The notes: a model not told the origin generated them from the sequence alone. Positions 48,293-56,786 are shown, counted from the stretch's first letter. The stretch: DNA of 64,000 bases from Candidatus Woesearchaeota archaeon (GCA_964612685.1 CAZTCF010000001.1:83399-147398), one strand, 5' to 3'. A program made the numbers and translations.

Positions 48293-49365
48293 TCTAAAAT
48301 TTTTAAAACCTCTTCTGCAGCCATACTTTCCTCATCAGATTTTATTACATAAACTTTTATTTTTGAGAATATTGAAGATATTTTTTCATCGTTCCCATTG
48401 TTTTTATTTTTATTTAATTTTAATCCCAAGAATTTTAATTTAGCGCATATATCTTTACGTAATTTTGGAACATTTTCTCCAATTGCTGCTGTGAAAACTA
48501 AATTATCTAATCCATTTAATACTGTGATGTATGAACCAATTACTTTAGTTATTCGATATACAAATAGATCATAAGCGAGTTTGCATTCTTTATGTTCTTC
48601 CATTCCTTTTAGGACATCTCTGAAATCATTATAACCAGATATTCCTTTCAATCCAGATTGGTTGGTTAAGATTTCTTCTACATCATATTTCTTCTTTTGT
48701 AAATAAAGGATTATTCCCGGGTCTATGCTTCCTGAGCGAGTTCCCATCATGATTCCTTCTAATGGAGTCAATCCCATACTTGTATCTAAAGGTTTCCCGT
48801 CTTTTATTGCAGATATGCTTGAACCAGAACCAAGATGACAGACAATTGTTCTTCCTTTTAATTTTTTTGAAGAGTATTCATGAGATAATCCATGAAAGCC
48901 ATATCTTCTTATATTATATTTCTCGGTTATTTCTTTTGGTATAGCATACGTTTTTGCAACTTCTGGGATATTTGCAAAAAACATTGTATCAAATACAGCA
49001 TACTGTGGTTTTTGGAATTTTTCACATAATTCAATTACCATCAATTGTTTTGGGTTATGTAATGGTGCGAATTCAGAGAATGTTTTTATCTTCTCTTTGA
49101 CTTCTGAGGTTATCATTGAAGTTTCTTTAAGCTCTCCTCCATGTACTACCCTGTGTGCTAGAACATCTATATTTCTATCTATAAATTGTTGGAATATTTC
49201 TTGTACTGCGTTTTCGTAATCTTTTTTTGATTTTAATTTTTCTTTATTTCCATACTCCAATAATTTTAAATCTTCAAATAAACTATACTTTATACTTGAA
49301 CTTCCAACGTTAAACACTAATATTTTTTTTTGCATAGAATTTTTCCCCACATTATTTTTTTCCAT
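48289..49365 (-). CDS. ackA: Acetate kinase
   Basis: ILVFNVGSSSIKYSLF, HRVVHGG, YGFHGLSHEY and the ASKHA fold. Its stop overlaps the pduL start by 4 nt. Confidence 0.85.
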   Translation of the reverse strand: MEKNNVGKNSMQKKILVFNVGSSSIKYSLFEDLKLLEYGNKEKLKSKKDYENAVQEIFQQFIDRNIDVLAHRVVHGGELKETSMITSEVKEKIKTFSEFAPLHNPKQLMVIELCEKFQKPQYAVFDTMFFANIPEVAKTYAIPKEITEKYNIRRYGFHGLSHEYSSKKLKGRTIVCHLGSGSSISAIKDGKPLDTSMGLTPLEGIMMGTRSGSIDPGIILYLQKKKYDVEEILTNQSGLKGISGYNDFRDVLKGMEEHKECKLAYDLFVYRITKVIGSYITVLNGLDNLVFTAAIGENVPKLRKDICAKLKFLGLKLNKNKNNGNDEKISSIFSKIKVYVIKSDEESMAAEEVLKILE

Positions 49366-49562
49366 ATTCTTTCATGGAAATATAAAAATATAACTTTTAT
49401 AATCGCAAGGATTAATGTAAACATCAAAGACATTTTGATATCTCCATAAACTAAATAAACTGCAGATAATGTTATCAAGAAAGCGATTATCTCCCAGCTT
49501 AATGCTTTAAGAAGACTTCTTTCTGTTGTTGATGTAATATACTCCATCCTCTTTTTGTTCAT
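49317..49562 (-). CDS. DUF2061-like small membrane protein
   Basis: ERSLLKALSWEIIAF...YFHERIWKKI matches the DUF2061 two-helix pattern. It overlaps the ackA start region. Confidence 0.5.
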   Translation of the reverse strand: MNKKRMEYITSTTERSLLKALSWEIIAFLITLSAVYLVYGDIKMSLMFTLILAIIKVIFLYFHERIWKKIMWGKILCKKKY

Positions 49563-49620
49563 GATATTTATAATAAGATAATGTTTTTAAGCTTTAATAA
49601 TTATCTAATTTTAGGTAAAA

Positions 49621-49637
49621 TATGCCCCGATAGTTCA
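49621..49637 (+). repeat. 17-nt direct repeat: an upstream duplicate of the tRNA-Glu 5' end (partner at 49672-49688)
   Basis: tatgccccgatagttca occurs twice, 51 nt apart. The upstream copy continues as ...GAAC.TCTCGG but has no anticodon arm or 3' half. Confidence 0.8.
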
Positions 49638-49642
49638 AAAGA

Positions 49643-49651
49643 TATAAATAT
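49643..49651 (+). promoter_or_regulatory. Putative TATA box of tRNA-Glu
   Basis: atataaata is centred ~28 nt upstream of tRNA position 1 (49675). Confidence 0.4.
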
Positions 49652-49674
49652 CTAGAACTCTCGGAATAACTTAT

Positions 49675-49846
49675 GCCCCGATAGTTCAGAGGCCAAGAAC
49701 GCCACCCTCTCAAATCATGCCGGAGTTCAATCGATGAGATAATAATTCCAGCCTTCTCTAAGGCAGGCTAGTTAGTTTTATCGCCTTATATTTTCTTAGG
49801 GCGATGGAGTACGGTGGTAACCCGAGTTCGAATCTCGGCCGGGGCG
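49675..49846 (+). tRNA. tRNA-Glu (anticodon CUC) interrupted by a ~99-nt intron at the canonical 37/38 position
   Basis: Exon 1 is 49675-49712: acceptor GCCCCGA, D arm GTTC/GAAC, anticodon stem CCACC, loop CTCTCA. Exon 2 is 49812-49846: C, GGTGG, TAAC, T arm CCGAG-TTCGAAT-CTCGG, acceptor CCGGGGC, discriminator G. A bulge-helix-bulge is present: CTCT (49707-10) pairs with GGAG (49806-09), flanked by the 3-nt bulges CAA (49711-13) and TAC (49810-12), and ATC (49714-16) pairs with GAT (49803-05). There is one A:C mismatch at 7:66. Confidence 0.75.
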
Positions 49847-49854
49847 TTTATCCT
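49836..49854 (+). repeat. Left copy of a perfect 19-nt direct repeat (att-like), covering the last 11 nt of tRNA-Glu plus 8 nt
   Basis: cggccggggcgtttatcct is identical at 57136-57154, exactly 7,300 bp away. Confidence 0.9.
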
Positions 49855-49990
49855 TAGGTTTAACATAGCTATATAAAACGAATAATTCTGCGTAGAAATG
49901 ATGCAGTTTTTGAACAGAGAGGTGAAATAAATGGTTTGGTGCTTAGAAAGGGAGGTGAACTAGTTAAATTCTTAAAAGCTAAACAAAATA

Positions 49991-50000
49991 TTTATAAATT
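49991..50000 (+). promoter_or_regulatory. Putative TATA box for the island operon
   Basis: tttataaatt lies ~25 nt upstream of the ATG at 50020. Confidence 0.35.
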
Positions 50001-50019
50001 ACATATATATCTAATATAT

Positions 50020-50172
50020 ATGCCTAAAAAGCAGATAATTGTAAAATTTGAGGGGTCTGAGATTCTTGAGAGAAAAGCTTCTAAGTTTGGAACTGGTGCT
50101 CATGTAATTATTCCTAAAGAATACATAAACAAAAAAGTAAAAATTATTATGGAGGATGAAGATGACAAGTAA
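50020..50172 (+). CDS. DUF2080-like / AbrB-type small protein
   Basis: The ATG at 50020 gives MPKKQIIVKFEGSEILERKASKFGTGAHVIIPKEYINKKVKIIMEDEDDK. The pattern (V.F.G.E..E....K.G....V.IPKEWIGKKVKII) matches my recollection of archaeal DUF2080, described as a putative transposon-encoded protein. It overlaps the giant ORF start by 17 nt. Confidence 0.5.
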   Translation: MPKKQIIVKFEGSEILERKASKFGTGAHVIIPKEYINKKVKIIMEDEDDK

Positions 50173-53100
50173 AAAGTATTTTTTTGCTTTAATCAGCATA
50201 ATTTTGATAACACTCTTATCCTATGAGGTTTTAGCAGGGACTAATGTTCCAGATTGTGGAATAACAATCAATATCTCAGGACAATATGAATTAAACGCGG
50301 GAATTTCTGGGACAGCAACTTGTCTAACAATTAATACAAGTAATATAGAACTAGATTGCAAAGGAAATACTATTTCTTATGGTTCAGATGGAGTTAATGG
50401 AAGAATTGGAATATCTGTTGCCCTTGGAACAGTTTATCTTGAAAATATCACAATAAAAAATTGCATAATTCAAGACACAAATCCTGCTGGAACCACGGGG
50501 TATGGAATATATGCATTAAGAACATCTAATTCATATATAATTAACAATACAATTAATACAAGCGGAACTGCTACAAATCACGGGATTTATTTATCTACTG
50601 CAAGTCAAAATAATCTTCTTGAAAATAATACCATAAATGCTTATGGAAGCACTACAGGAAACTATGGGATTTATTTAATTTATCAATCAAATAATAACAC
50701 AATTAGAAACAATGAAGTAAAGGCAACAGGAACAACAACAAGCTATGCACTCATGCTTTATAGCTCAGAATATAATTTAATAGAAAACAACAATTTTTCA
50801 AGTTACACTCTTTTAACAACAGGAAATTCAGATATGAATGTAGTTTATTTATACTATGGTTCAAGATATAATATTTTAAGAAATAATTACATTTATTCAG
50901 ATGCTGAAGCAAGAAATTACCATATTTATCTAAATTTAAATAATAATTATAATATCATTGCAAATAATACTATAATTCCAAATGATGATGAAGGAACAAA
51001 CCCTGGAATTTATATTCTTGGTTCTGATTACAATCTTGTAGAGAATAATACCATTAGAACAAATGGAACAACAGCCAATTATGGGGTTTGGTTAGGAGCA
51101 TCTTCAACAGGAAATATGATTAATAAAAATAATATTATCACAAATGGAACTACAACCAACAATTACGGAATTTATTTGGTAAGTGCACTTTACAATAATA
51201 TAACAGAAAATCAGATCTCCTCAAATGGATTAACAACAGGTAATGCAGGAATAACTTTATCAAGTGCCCAAAGAAATTACCTTGCAAGAAATAATATTTC
51301 TACAAGTGGGACAACAACAGGATATGGAATTTATTTGACTGGTTCTGATTATGACACAGTAGAAGATAATGATATTTCTACATTTGGAACAAGCACTGCA
51401 AATGATGGAATCTATTTAATCTCTTCTACAAACAATAACATAATAAACAACAGAATAACTGCAAATAGCACCTCTTCTGGAAATATTGGTATTGCTTTAT
51501 ATACCTCAACAGGAAATTCTTATGTTTATAATAATACTATAAAAACTGATGGAACAACTACAAATTATGGTATTTTATTACAGACTGCAAATAATAATTC
51601 GATAGTAAATAATCAAATATCAACCAGTGGAACAACTACAACAAATCATGGAATTTATCTTTATATAAGTGCAAATGCAAACAAAATCTACTATAATAAT
51701 ATCTCTACATATGGCACAACAACAAATCATGGGATTTCACTTAGCACAACTTCAGATGGAAATGAAATTGTTGGAAATTATATAATAGCTAATGGCTCAA
51801 CAACAGCCTCCGCAACAACAACAAATAATTTTGGAATTGCTGCTGCTACAAGTTGTTATAATAATCTTATGGAAAATAATACAATACTAAATTCCGGAGG
51901 AAGGTATAACTATGGTATATATATTTCAGTAGAATCTGGATATTCTACAATTAGAGGAAATAATATTACTACTGGAGGAAGTGGGGCCACAAATGCAGGA
52001 ATTTATCTTTCAGAAAGCAGAAACAACCTTCTAGAAGAAAATATAATCTCTACTTCAGGTTCTGCTACAGATTACGGTATTTATCTGTATTCTAATGCAA
52101 AATATAATTTTGTTAAGAAAAATAATATTACAACCTCAGGAAGTACTAATTCTTATGGAATTCTTCTTGATGCAGTAATTCCAAACTTCCCCCACAATAA
52201 TTCTTTTCAAGAAAATAATTTTATTAGTATTGCTGGAACAGAATTTAGATTTGCTGATGCAGAAATAGATGAAAATTATTTAATTAGCCAGATTATTGAC
52301 AGTTACTTATTTACTGGAATTGGAAGCAAAATGATTGTTAGAAATGACTCTGCAGGAGAAATAAAATTCTTAGATAGATTAACTGGTTCTGGAACAGGAT
52401 TTAGTGATGATGTATACATTTTAGAGAATTATGCTTTTATTGATTCGAGTATCCCAGGATTAAACAAGTCAGCAGAGATAACCATTTATAATTTACCAAC
52501 AACTTCAAATGAATTACAAATTTACAGGAATGGTATAATCTGCAGTGATTGTTTTAATTTAACTTCAATGCAAGCAGGAAATGTAACATTTAATGTAACA
52601 CAAGGAGGAGGATACTCAATTAATTCCTCAAGTTCATCTCCTTTAATAGAATTAGATTTCCCTGAAAATGATTATTTAACAAATCAGCAAAATATTAATT
52701 TTAATTTTACAGCTAGAGATGATTCTGTAGGAGATTTAAATTGTAGCATTTATATTGATTCTATTTTAAATCAAACCAATTCAACAACTCAAAATAATAC
52801 TCTAACTAATTTTGCTGCTAGTGGATTAACTGAAGGAAATCATAACTGGAATATTGAATGTTTTGATTCAGCAGGAAATAGAAATATTTCTGAAACAATA
52901 AATTTTACAATAACAATTTCACAATCATCCTCATTATTTAATTATCCAGAGAATAAATCTTATTTTAATAATTTAGACTTTATATTGTTAAATTATACTG
53001 TTTTAGATTTAGATTTAAAGATAATGACTGCTTGGATTTATGGGGATGAAATTCTTCTAAATACAACTTCAGGATTAACTAATGGTTCATCTTTAGTTTA

Positions 53101-56100
53101 CAATTGGACAAGTTTAGATTTAGGACAATATAACTGGTCTATAATAATCTGGAATGGAATAAAGAACTCTTCTATTGAATATTCTTACTTTAATAATATT
53201 AATTTAACAATAAATTGTGAAGCAGGAGGAGATTATCTTGAAGATCCAACTGTTTTAATTCAAGGAAGAATAAATGACAGTAGCGGGATAGTTTCATTAA
53301 GTTCACAAATAATTAATATTTCTATTTACAATGATTCCACAGAGGAAATAATCACTTCTTCAAATATAACCACAGAATCAAATGGTGTATTTAATAGTAT
53401 ATTTCCTGGATTGGAAATAGGAAATTACACTGTTTATACAAAAGTTAATTATCAAGGAATTGAAATAAATAGTTCAGACTCATTTAAAATTTCTCTTGGA
53501 TATGAAGCAGGTTACAATGCAGGATTTATTGCTGGAAATGAATCAGGATATATTTCTGGATTTGATTATGGTAATATCACAGGATTTAATTTAGGAAATA
53601 TCACAGGATTTATACTTGGAAACAATACTGGTTTCACATTAGGAAATACAACTGGATTTGTATACGGTAACCTCACAGGATTTGTTTTAGGAAATTCAAC
53701 TGGTTACATTTTAGGTAATGCAACTGGATTTACATTAGGAAATTATACTGGGTTTATATTAGGAAATCAAACAGGATTTATAATAGGAAATATTTCAGGT
53801 TTCAATCTTGGTAATTCAACCGGTTTTACACTTGGAAATTATACTGGATTCATATTAGGAAACATTTCAGGATTCTACTTTGGAAACCAGACAGGTTATA
53901 CTACAGGTTACAATGCAGGATTTATTGCTGGAAATGAATCAGGATATATTTCTGGATTTGATTATGGTAATATCACAGGATTTAATTTAGGAAATATCAC
54001 AGGATTTATACTTGGAAACAATACTGGTTTCACATTGGGCAACTCAACTGGTTATACCTTGGGATTTAACACAGGTAATATAACCGGATTTACTCTAGGT
54101 AATACTACCGGCTTTGTATACGGAAATAATACTGGTTATATTTTAGGATTTAATACAGGCAACTTAACAGGCTTCACATTAGGAAACACAACTGGCTTCG
54201 TTCTTGGCAACTCTACAGGTTATATTTTAGGTAATGCAACTGGCTTTGTATATGGTAACACAACAGGATTCATATTAGGAAACACAACGGGATTTGTATA
54301 TGGAAATATCACTGGATTTGCTTTGGGTAATTCAACAGGATTTACACTTGGAAATTTAACAGGTTATATTCTTGGAAATCAAACAGGTTATAACGCAGGA
54401 TTCAGCACAGGAAACACAACTGGATTTAATCTAGGAAATACTACAGGTTTCACATACGGAAATCTTTCAGGATTTGATCTAGGTAATGCCACGGGTTATA
54501 CCTTGGGTTATAATGCTGGTGTTAATGTTAGCAATCGCACTTCAGCATCCCTAGTCTTGGATAAGATTGCAAGTTTGCAAAATATAACAAATGGAACTAT
54601 TTCATATAATGTAACTTTAAGATTAACAAACAAAGGAGGAAGCAATTCAACAAATGTTAACATAACAGATTTAGATTATGGTTCTAACTTTACAATTGGA
54701 AATTTAACAGCAGGAGAATCAATTACAAGAAGCTATCTTATTAATTTCACAAGAAATATGACAACATATTCAAATGCAACATCAATTGCTCATGCATATG
54801 GTATTGATTCTTATTCATCTGGACAAATTTTGGCAAACTCTAGCTCAATGAATTTACCTGTCCCATCAAATGAATCTGGGCAGCAATTAACTTTGATTAA
54901 GAATGTATTTTATATTAATCAAACATTCACAGATGTAAATTATACTGTTAGTTTTGAAGTTATTAATTCCGGAGGATCAGATTTAACAGGGATTACAATA
55001 ATTGATGACGATTTGGGTATTTCTGATGTAATAAGCTTGAGTAAAACACAAAGTTATACCTACTCGGGATCATTAATAATATCTAAGAATCAGGATAATA
55101 AAGAGCAAATATTTTCAATAGCAAGAGGAACTGTAAATGCTGTTATTTATTCTTCAAATCAAATAAAAGTTTTAATTCCAGGATATGGTGGAGGTCCAAA
55201 TGATGTAAGCATTAATGCTCCTACATCTGTTTTTAATAACACCAATTTCAATGTGGATATAACTGTGAAGAATAAAAATAAAGACATAGGCCAGGACTTT
55301 GTTGTAACTTATTGGCTCTTGAGCAATGACGAGATTTCAATATATTCAACTGGAGCTCAAACTCTTTATGTTGGAGGAAATGATAATACCAATGCAACTA
55401 CAATTGTATTCTTATCTCCTGCAATTAATGGAACATATAAAATAAGGGCAAATGTGAGCGGAACAGGAGTAAGTGTTCAAGCTACTGCTTTTTCAACAAT
55501 TCTTGTTACGTATCCTTCAAATGAAACTGCAAATGAAACTCCAGTAAATCCTCCGCACGGAGGAGGTGGAGGTAGCAGAATAAGCTGTGTATATATCTGG
55601 GAGTGTGGTTCTTGGAGCCTATGTGCAGATGATGGAACTCAATCAAGAACATGTACTAATACAGGAACCTGTACAGGAATAGAAGGAAAACCAGCAGAAA
55701 AAATGAATTGCTTAGAGGTTTCTTCTGATATTGTATTAAAATTAAGTCAATTAAATTTAACTGAAAATCAAAGTTTAGAATTTAATATTGATTTGATTGA
55801 GAAGAAATCCTATGAAAACAAAGATATACAGATAACATATTCTATCTTTAATAAAACAAATATAGAGGTATTCACTAAAACAGAGACTCGTTCACTTGAG
55901 ACAAATATAAGTTATAAGGAGATTTTGGATGAATTAATGCTTACTCCAGGAGAATATACATTAAAAGTACATATATTCTATGGCAACTCTCAAAGTTCAG
56001 AAGAGGTACAATCATTTATTATAAAAGAAGAAGGTAAAAATAATATTGGAAGTAAATTACTTCTTGAGTTAACACCCGAAACAAATTTTTTAACTTACTT

Positions 56101-56365
56101 GGCAATATTTGTAATCCTTATCTTATTAATATCGCTGTTTGTGATTATGAAAAAGAAGAGAGATGTTGATGAAGTTGACTTATTGATAAAAGAAGGAAAA
56201 AGGAATATTGACAATGAAAATTTTGATGAAGCATTAGATGTCTATCCTGTTCTTAAGAGCTTATATAAACACAAATATAAAGGGGACCCATCTGCTTATG
56301 AAAAGATTACTTCTTACTCTCAATTTATTTTAAAAAGTATTAAGGATAAATTAAAAAAAGACTAG
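50156..56365 (+). CDS. Giant (2,069 aa) membrane-anchored surface protein: parallel beta-helix repeats, beta-sandwich modules, GNxTGFxL sequon array, Cys-rich module and C-terminal TM anchor
   Basis: Signal-like N-terminus (KKYFFALISIILITLLSYEVLAG; alternative ATG at 50162 after GGAGG). Roughly two dozen ~22-aa PbH1-type repeats (NNTI.T.GT.T.NYGIYL) lie at ~50340-52260. The GNxTGFxL array is at 53498-54520. CARDB/DUF11-like segments lie at ~54540-55500. The Cys module is at 55586-55711. The TM helix FLTYLAIFVILILLISLFVIM (56087-56149) is followed by KKKR and a ~70-aa tail. Confidence 0.85.
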   Translation: MKMTSKKYFFALISIILITLLSYEVLAGTNVPDCGITINISGQYELNAGISGTATCLTINTSNIELDCKGNTISYGSDGVNGRIGISVALGTVYLENITIKNCIIQDTNPAGTTGYGIYALRTSNSYIINNTINTSGTATNHGIYLSTASQNNLLENNTINAYGSTTGNYGIYLIYQSNNNTIRNNEVKATGTTTSYALMLYSSEYNLIENNNFSSYTLLTTGNSDMNVVYLYYGSRYNILRNNYIYSDAEARNYHIYLNLNNNYNIIANNTIIPNDDEGTNPGIYILGSDYNLVENNTIRTNGTTANYGVWLGASSTGNMINKNNIITNGTTTNNYGIYLVSALYNNITENQISSNGLTTGNAGITLSSAQRNYLARNNISTSGTTTGYGIYLTGSDYDTVEDNDISTFGTSTANDGIYLISSTNNNIINNRITANSTSSGNIGIALYTSTGNSYVYNNTIKTDGTTTNYGILLQTANNNSIVNNQISTSGTTTTNHGIYLYISANANKIYYNNISTYGTTTNHGISLSTTSDGNEIVGNYIIANGSTTASATTTNNFGIAAATSCYNNLMENNTILNSGGRYNYGIYISVESGYSTIRGNNITTGGSGATNAGIYLSESRNNLLEENIISTSGSATDYGIYLYSNAKYNFVKKNNITTSGSTNSYGILLDAVIPNFPHNNSFQENNFISIAGTEFRFADAEIDENYLISQIIDSYLFTGIGSKMIVRNDSAGEIKFLDRLTGSGTGFSDDVYILENYAFIDSSIPGLNKSAEITIYNLPTTSNELQIYRNGIICSDCFNLTSMQAGNVTFNVTQGGGYSINSSSSSPLIELDFPENDYLTNQQNINFNFTARDDSVGDLNCSIYIDSILNQTNSTTQNNTLTNFAASGLTEGNHNWNIECFDSAGNRNISETINFTITISQSSSLFNYPENKSYFNNLDFILLNYTVLDLDLKIMTAWIYGDEILLNTTSGLTNGSSLVYNWTSLDLGQYNWSIIIWNGIKNSSIEYSYFNNINLTINCEAGGDYLEDPTVLIQGRINDSSGIVSLSSQIINISIYNDSTEEIITSSNITTESNGVFNSIFPGLEIGNYTVYTKVNYQGIEINSSDSFKISLGYEAGYNAGFIAGNESGYISGFDYGNITGFNLGNITGFILGNNTGFTLGNTTGFVYGNLTGFVLGNSTGYILGNATGFTLGNYTGFILGNQTGFIIGNISGFNLGNSTGFTLGNYTGFILGNISGFYFGNQTGYTTGYNAGFIAGNESGYISGFDYGNITGFNLGNITGFILGNNTGFTLGNSTGYTLGFNTGNITGFTLGNTTGFVYGNNTGYILGFNTGNLTGFTLGNTTGFVLGNSTGYILGNATGFVYGNTTGFILGNTTGFVYGNITGFALGNSTGFTLGNLTGYILGNQTGYNAGFSTGNTTGFNLGNTTGFTYGNLSGFDLGNATGYTLGYNAGVNVSNRTSASLVLDKIASLQNITNGTISYNVTLRLTNKGGSNSTNVNITDLDYGSNFTIGNLTAGESITRSYLINFTRNMTTYSNATSIAHAYGIDSYSSGQILANSSSMNLPVPSNESGQQLTLIKNVFYINQTFTDVNYTVSFEVINSGGSDLTGITIIDDDLGISDVISLSKTQSYTYSGSLIISKNQDNKEQIFSIARGTVNAVIYSSNQIKVLIPGYGGGPNDVSINAPTSVFNNTNFNVDITVKNKNKDIGQDFVVTYWLLSNDEISIYSTGAQTLYVGGNDNTNATTIVFLSPAINGTYKIRANVSGTGVSVQATAFSTILVTYPSNETANETPVNPPHGGGGGSRISCVYIWECGSWSLCADDGTQSRTCTNTGTCTGIEGKPAEKMNCLEVSSDIVLKLSQLNLTENQSLEFNIDLIEKKSYENKDIQITYSIFNKTNIEVFTKTETRSLETNISYKEILDELMLTPGEYTLKVHIFYGNSQSSEEVQSFIIKEEGKNNIGSKLLLELTPETNFLTYLAIFVILILLISLFVIMKKKRDVDEVDLLIKEGKRNIDNENFDEALDVYPVLKSLYKHKYKGDPSAYEKITSYSQFILKSIKDKLKKD
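53498..54520 (+). repeat. In-frame 24-nt (octapeptide GNxTGFxL) tandem repeat array inside the giant ORF
   Basis: About 40 consecutive units. By my count, about 37 carry an N-x-S/T sequon (NIT, NTT, NST, NAT, NLT, NYT, NQT, NIS, NES). Confidence 0.9.
53508..53640 (+). repeat. Perfect 133-nt internal duplication (partner at 53904-54036)
   Basis: Base-by-base comparison shows identity from caggttacaatgc... to ...ggtttcacatt. The offset is 396 nt (132 codons). The flanking bases differ on both sides. Confidence 0.9.
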
Positions 56366-56383
56366 TTTTCATAGATAAATATC

Positions 56384-56411
56384 ACTAAGTTAAACCTTAA
56401 GTTGGATTTAC
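56384..56411 (+). repeat. Left copy of a 28-nt direct repeat flanking the RelE-like cassette
   Basis: actaagttaaaccttaagttggatttac compared with actaagttaaaccttaggttgaatttac at 57109-57136: 26 of 28 identical. Confidence 0.8.
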
Positions 56412-56474
56412 AATTGATAAAAAGAAACATTTAAATAGTAATATCATTTGATATTATAGTAATTTCGTGTTAAA

Positions 56475-56786
56475 ATGGAAACTCAAATAGTAAAAAAGAA
56501 TAAAAGTTACATTGAAACAAATGATATAGCTAGAAGCCCAACACTTCAAACAGTCCTTATGGTTGAAAAATTCATAAAGGATAATTCAGGAGAATACAAA
56601 AAAACAGATTTATTCAAAAATCTCCCAAAAAAAGTAATGTGGCAAACTTTTCAGGTTATAATGGAGTATTTAGAAGAGAATTTGAGGGTAGCTTATGATA
56701 ATGAAGGATACATTGTTTATATCTGGAATCCAGAGTTTGTGGAGAGATTCAGAAATAAACCAGAATTAGAATGGAATGCAAAGTAA
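56475..56786 (+). CDS. Hypothetical protein, putative antitoxin/partner of the RelE-like gene
   Basis: 103-aa ORF that overlaps the downstream toxin-like gene by 16 nt. It has no classical RHH/AbrB motif and may be a winged helix. Confidence 0.35.
   Translation: METQIVKKNKSYIETNDIARSPTLQTVLMVEKFIKDNSGEYKKTDLFKNLPKKVMWQTFQVIMEYLEENLRVAYDNEGYIVYIWNPEFVERFRNKPELEWNAK

Noticed and set aside
49621-49670. A second, separate tRNA gene at the upstream copy of the tRNA-Glu 5' end
   Set aside because: Only the acceptor 5' strand and the D-stem halves are present. There is no anticodon arm, T arm or 3' acceptor strand. The segment also contains the probable TATA box of the real tRNA-Glu.
49713-49811. 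C/D box sRNA encoded in the tRNA-Glu intron
   Set aside because: There is only a one-mismatch C-box-like CGAUGAG and no CUGA D box or terminal kink-turn pairing. It is kept as a hypothesis in the finding but not called as a feature.
53508-54036. Diversity-generating retroelement (TR/VR pair) as an explanation for the 133-nt duplicate
   Set aside because: The two copies are perfectly identical, with no adenine-specific mismatches. Both are coding, and no reverse transcriptase gene is present in the window.
53498-54520. Regular 24-nt repeats that could be mistaken for a CRISPR array or a noncoding satellite
   Set aside because: The period is 24 nt with no spacer/repeat alternation. It is fully in frame within a 6.2-kb ORF, and variation is concentrated at specific codon positions. 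It is a coding tandem repeat.
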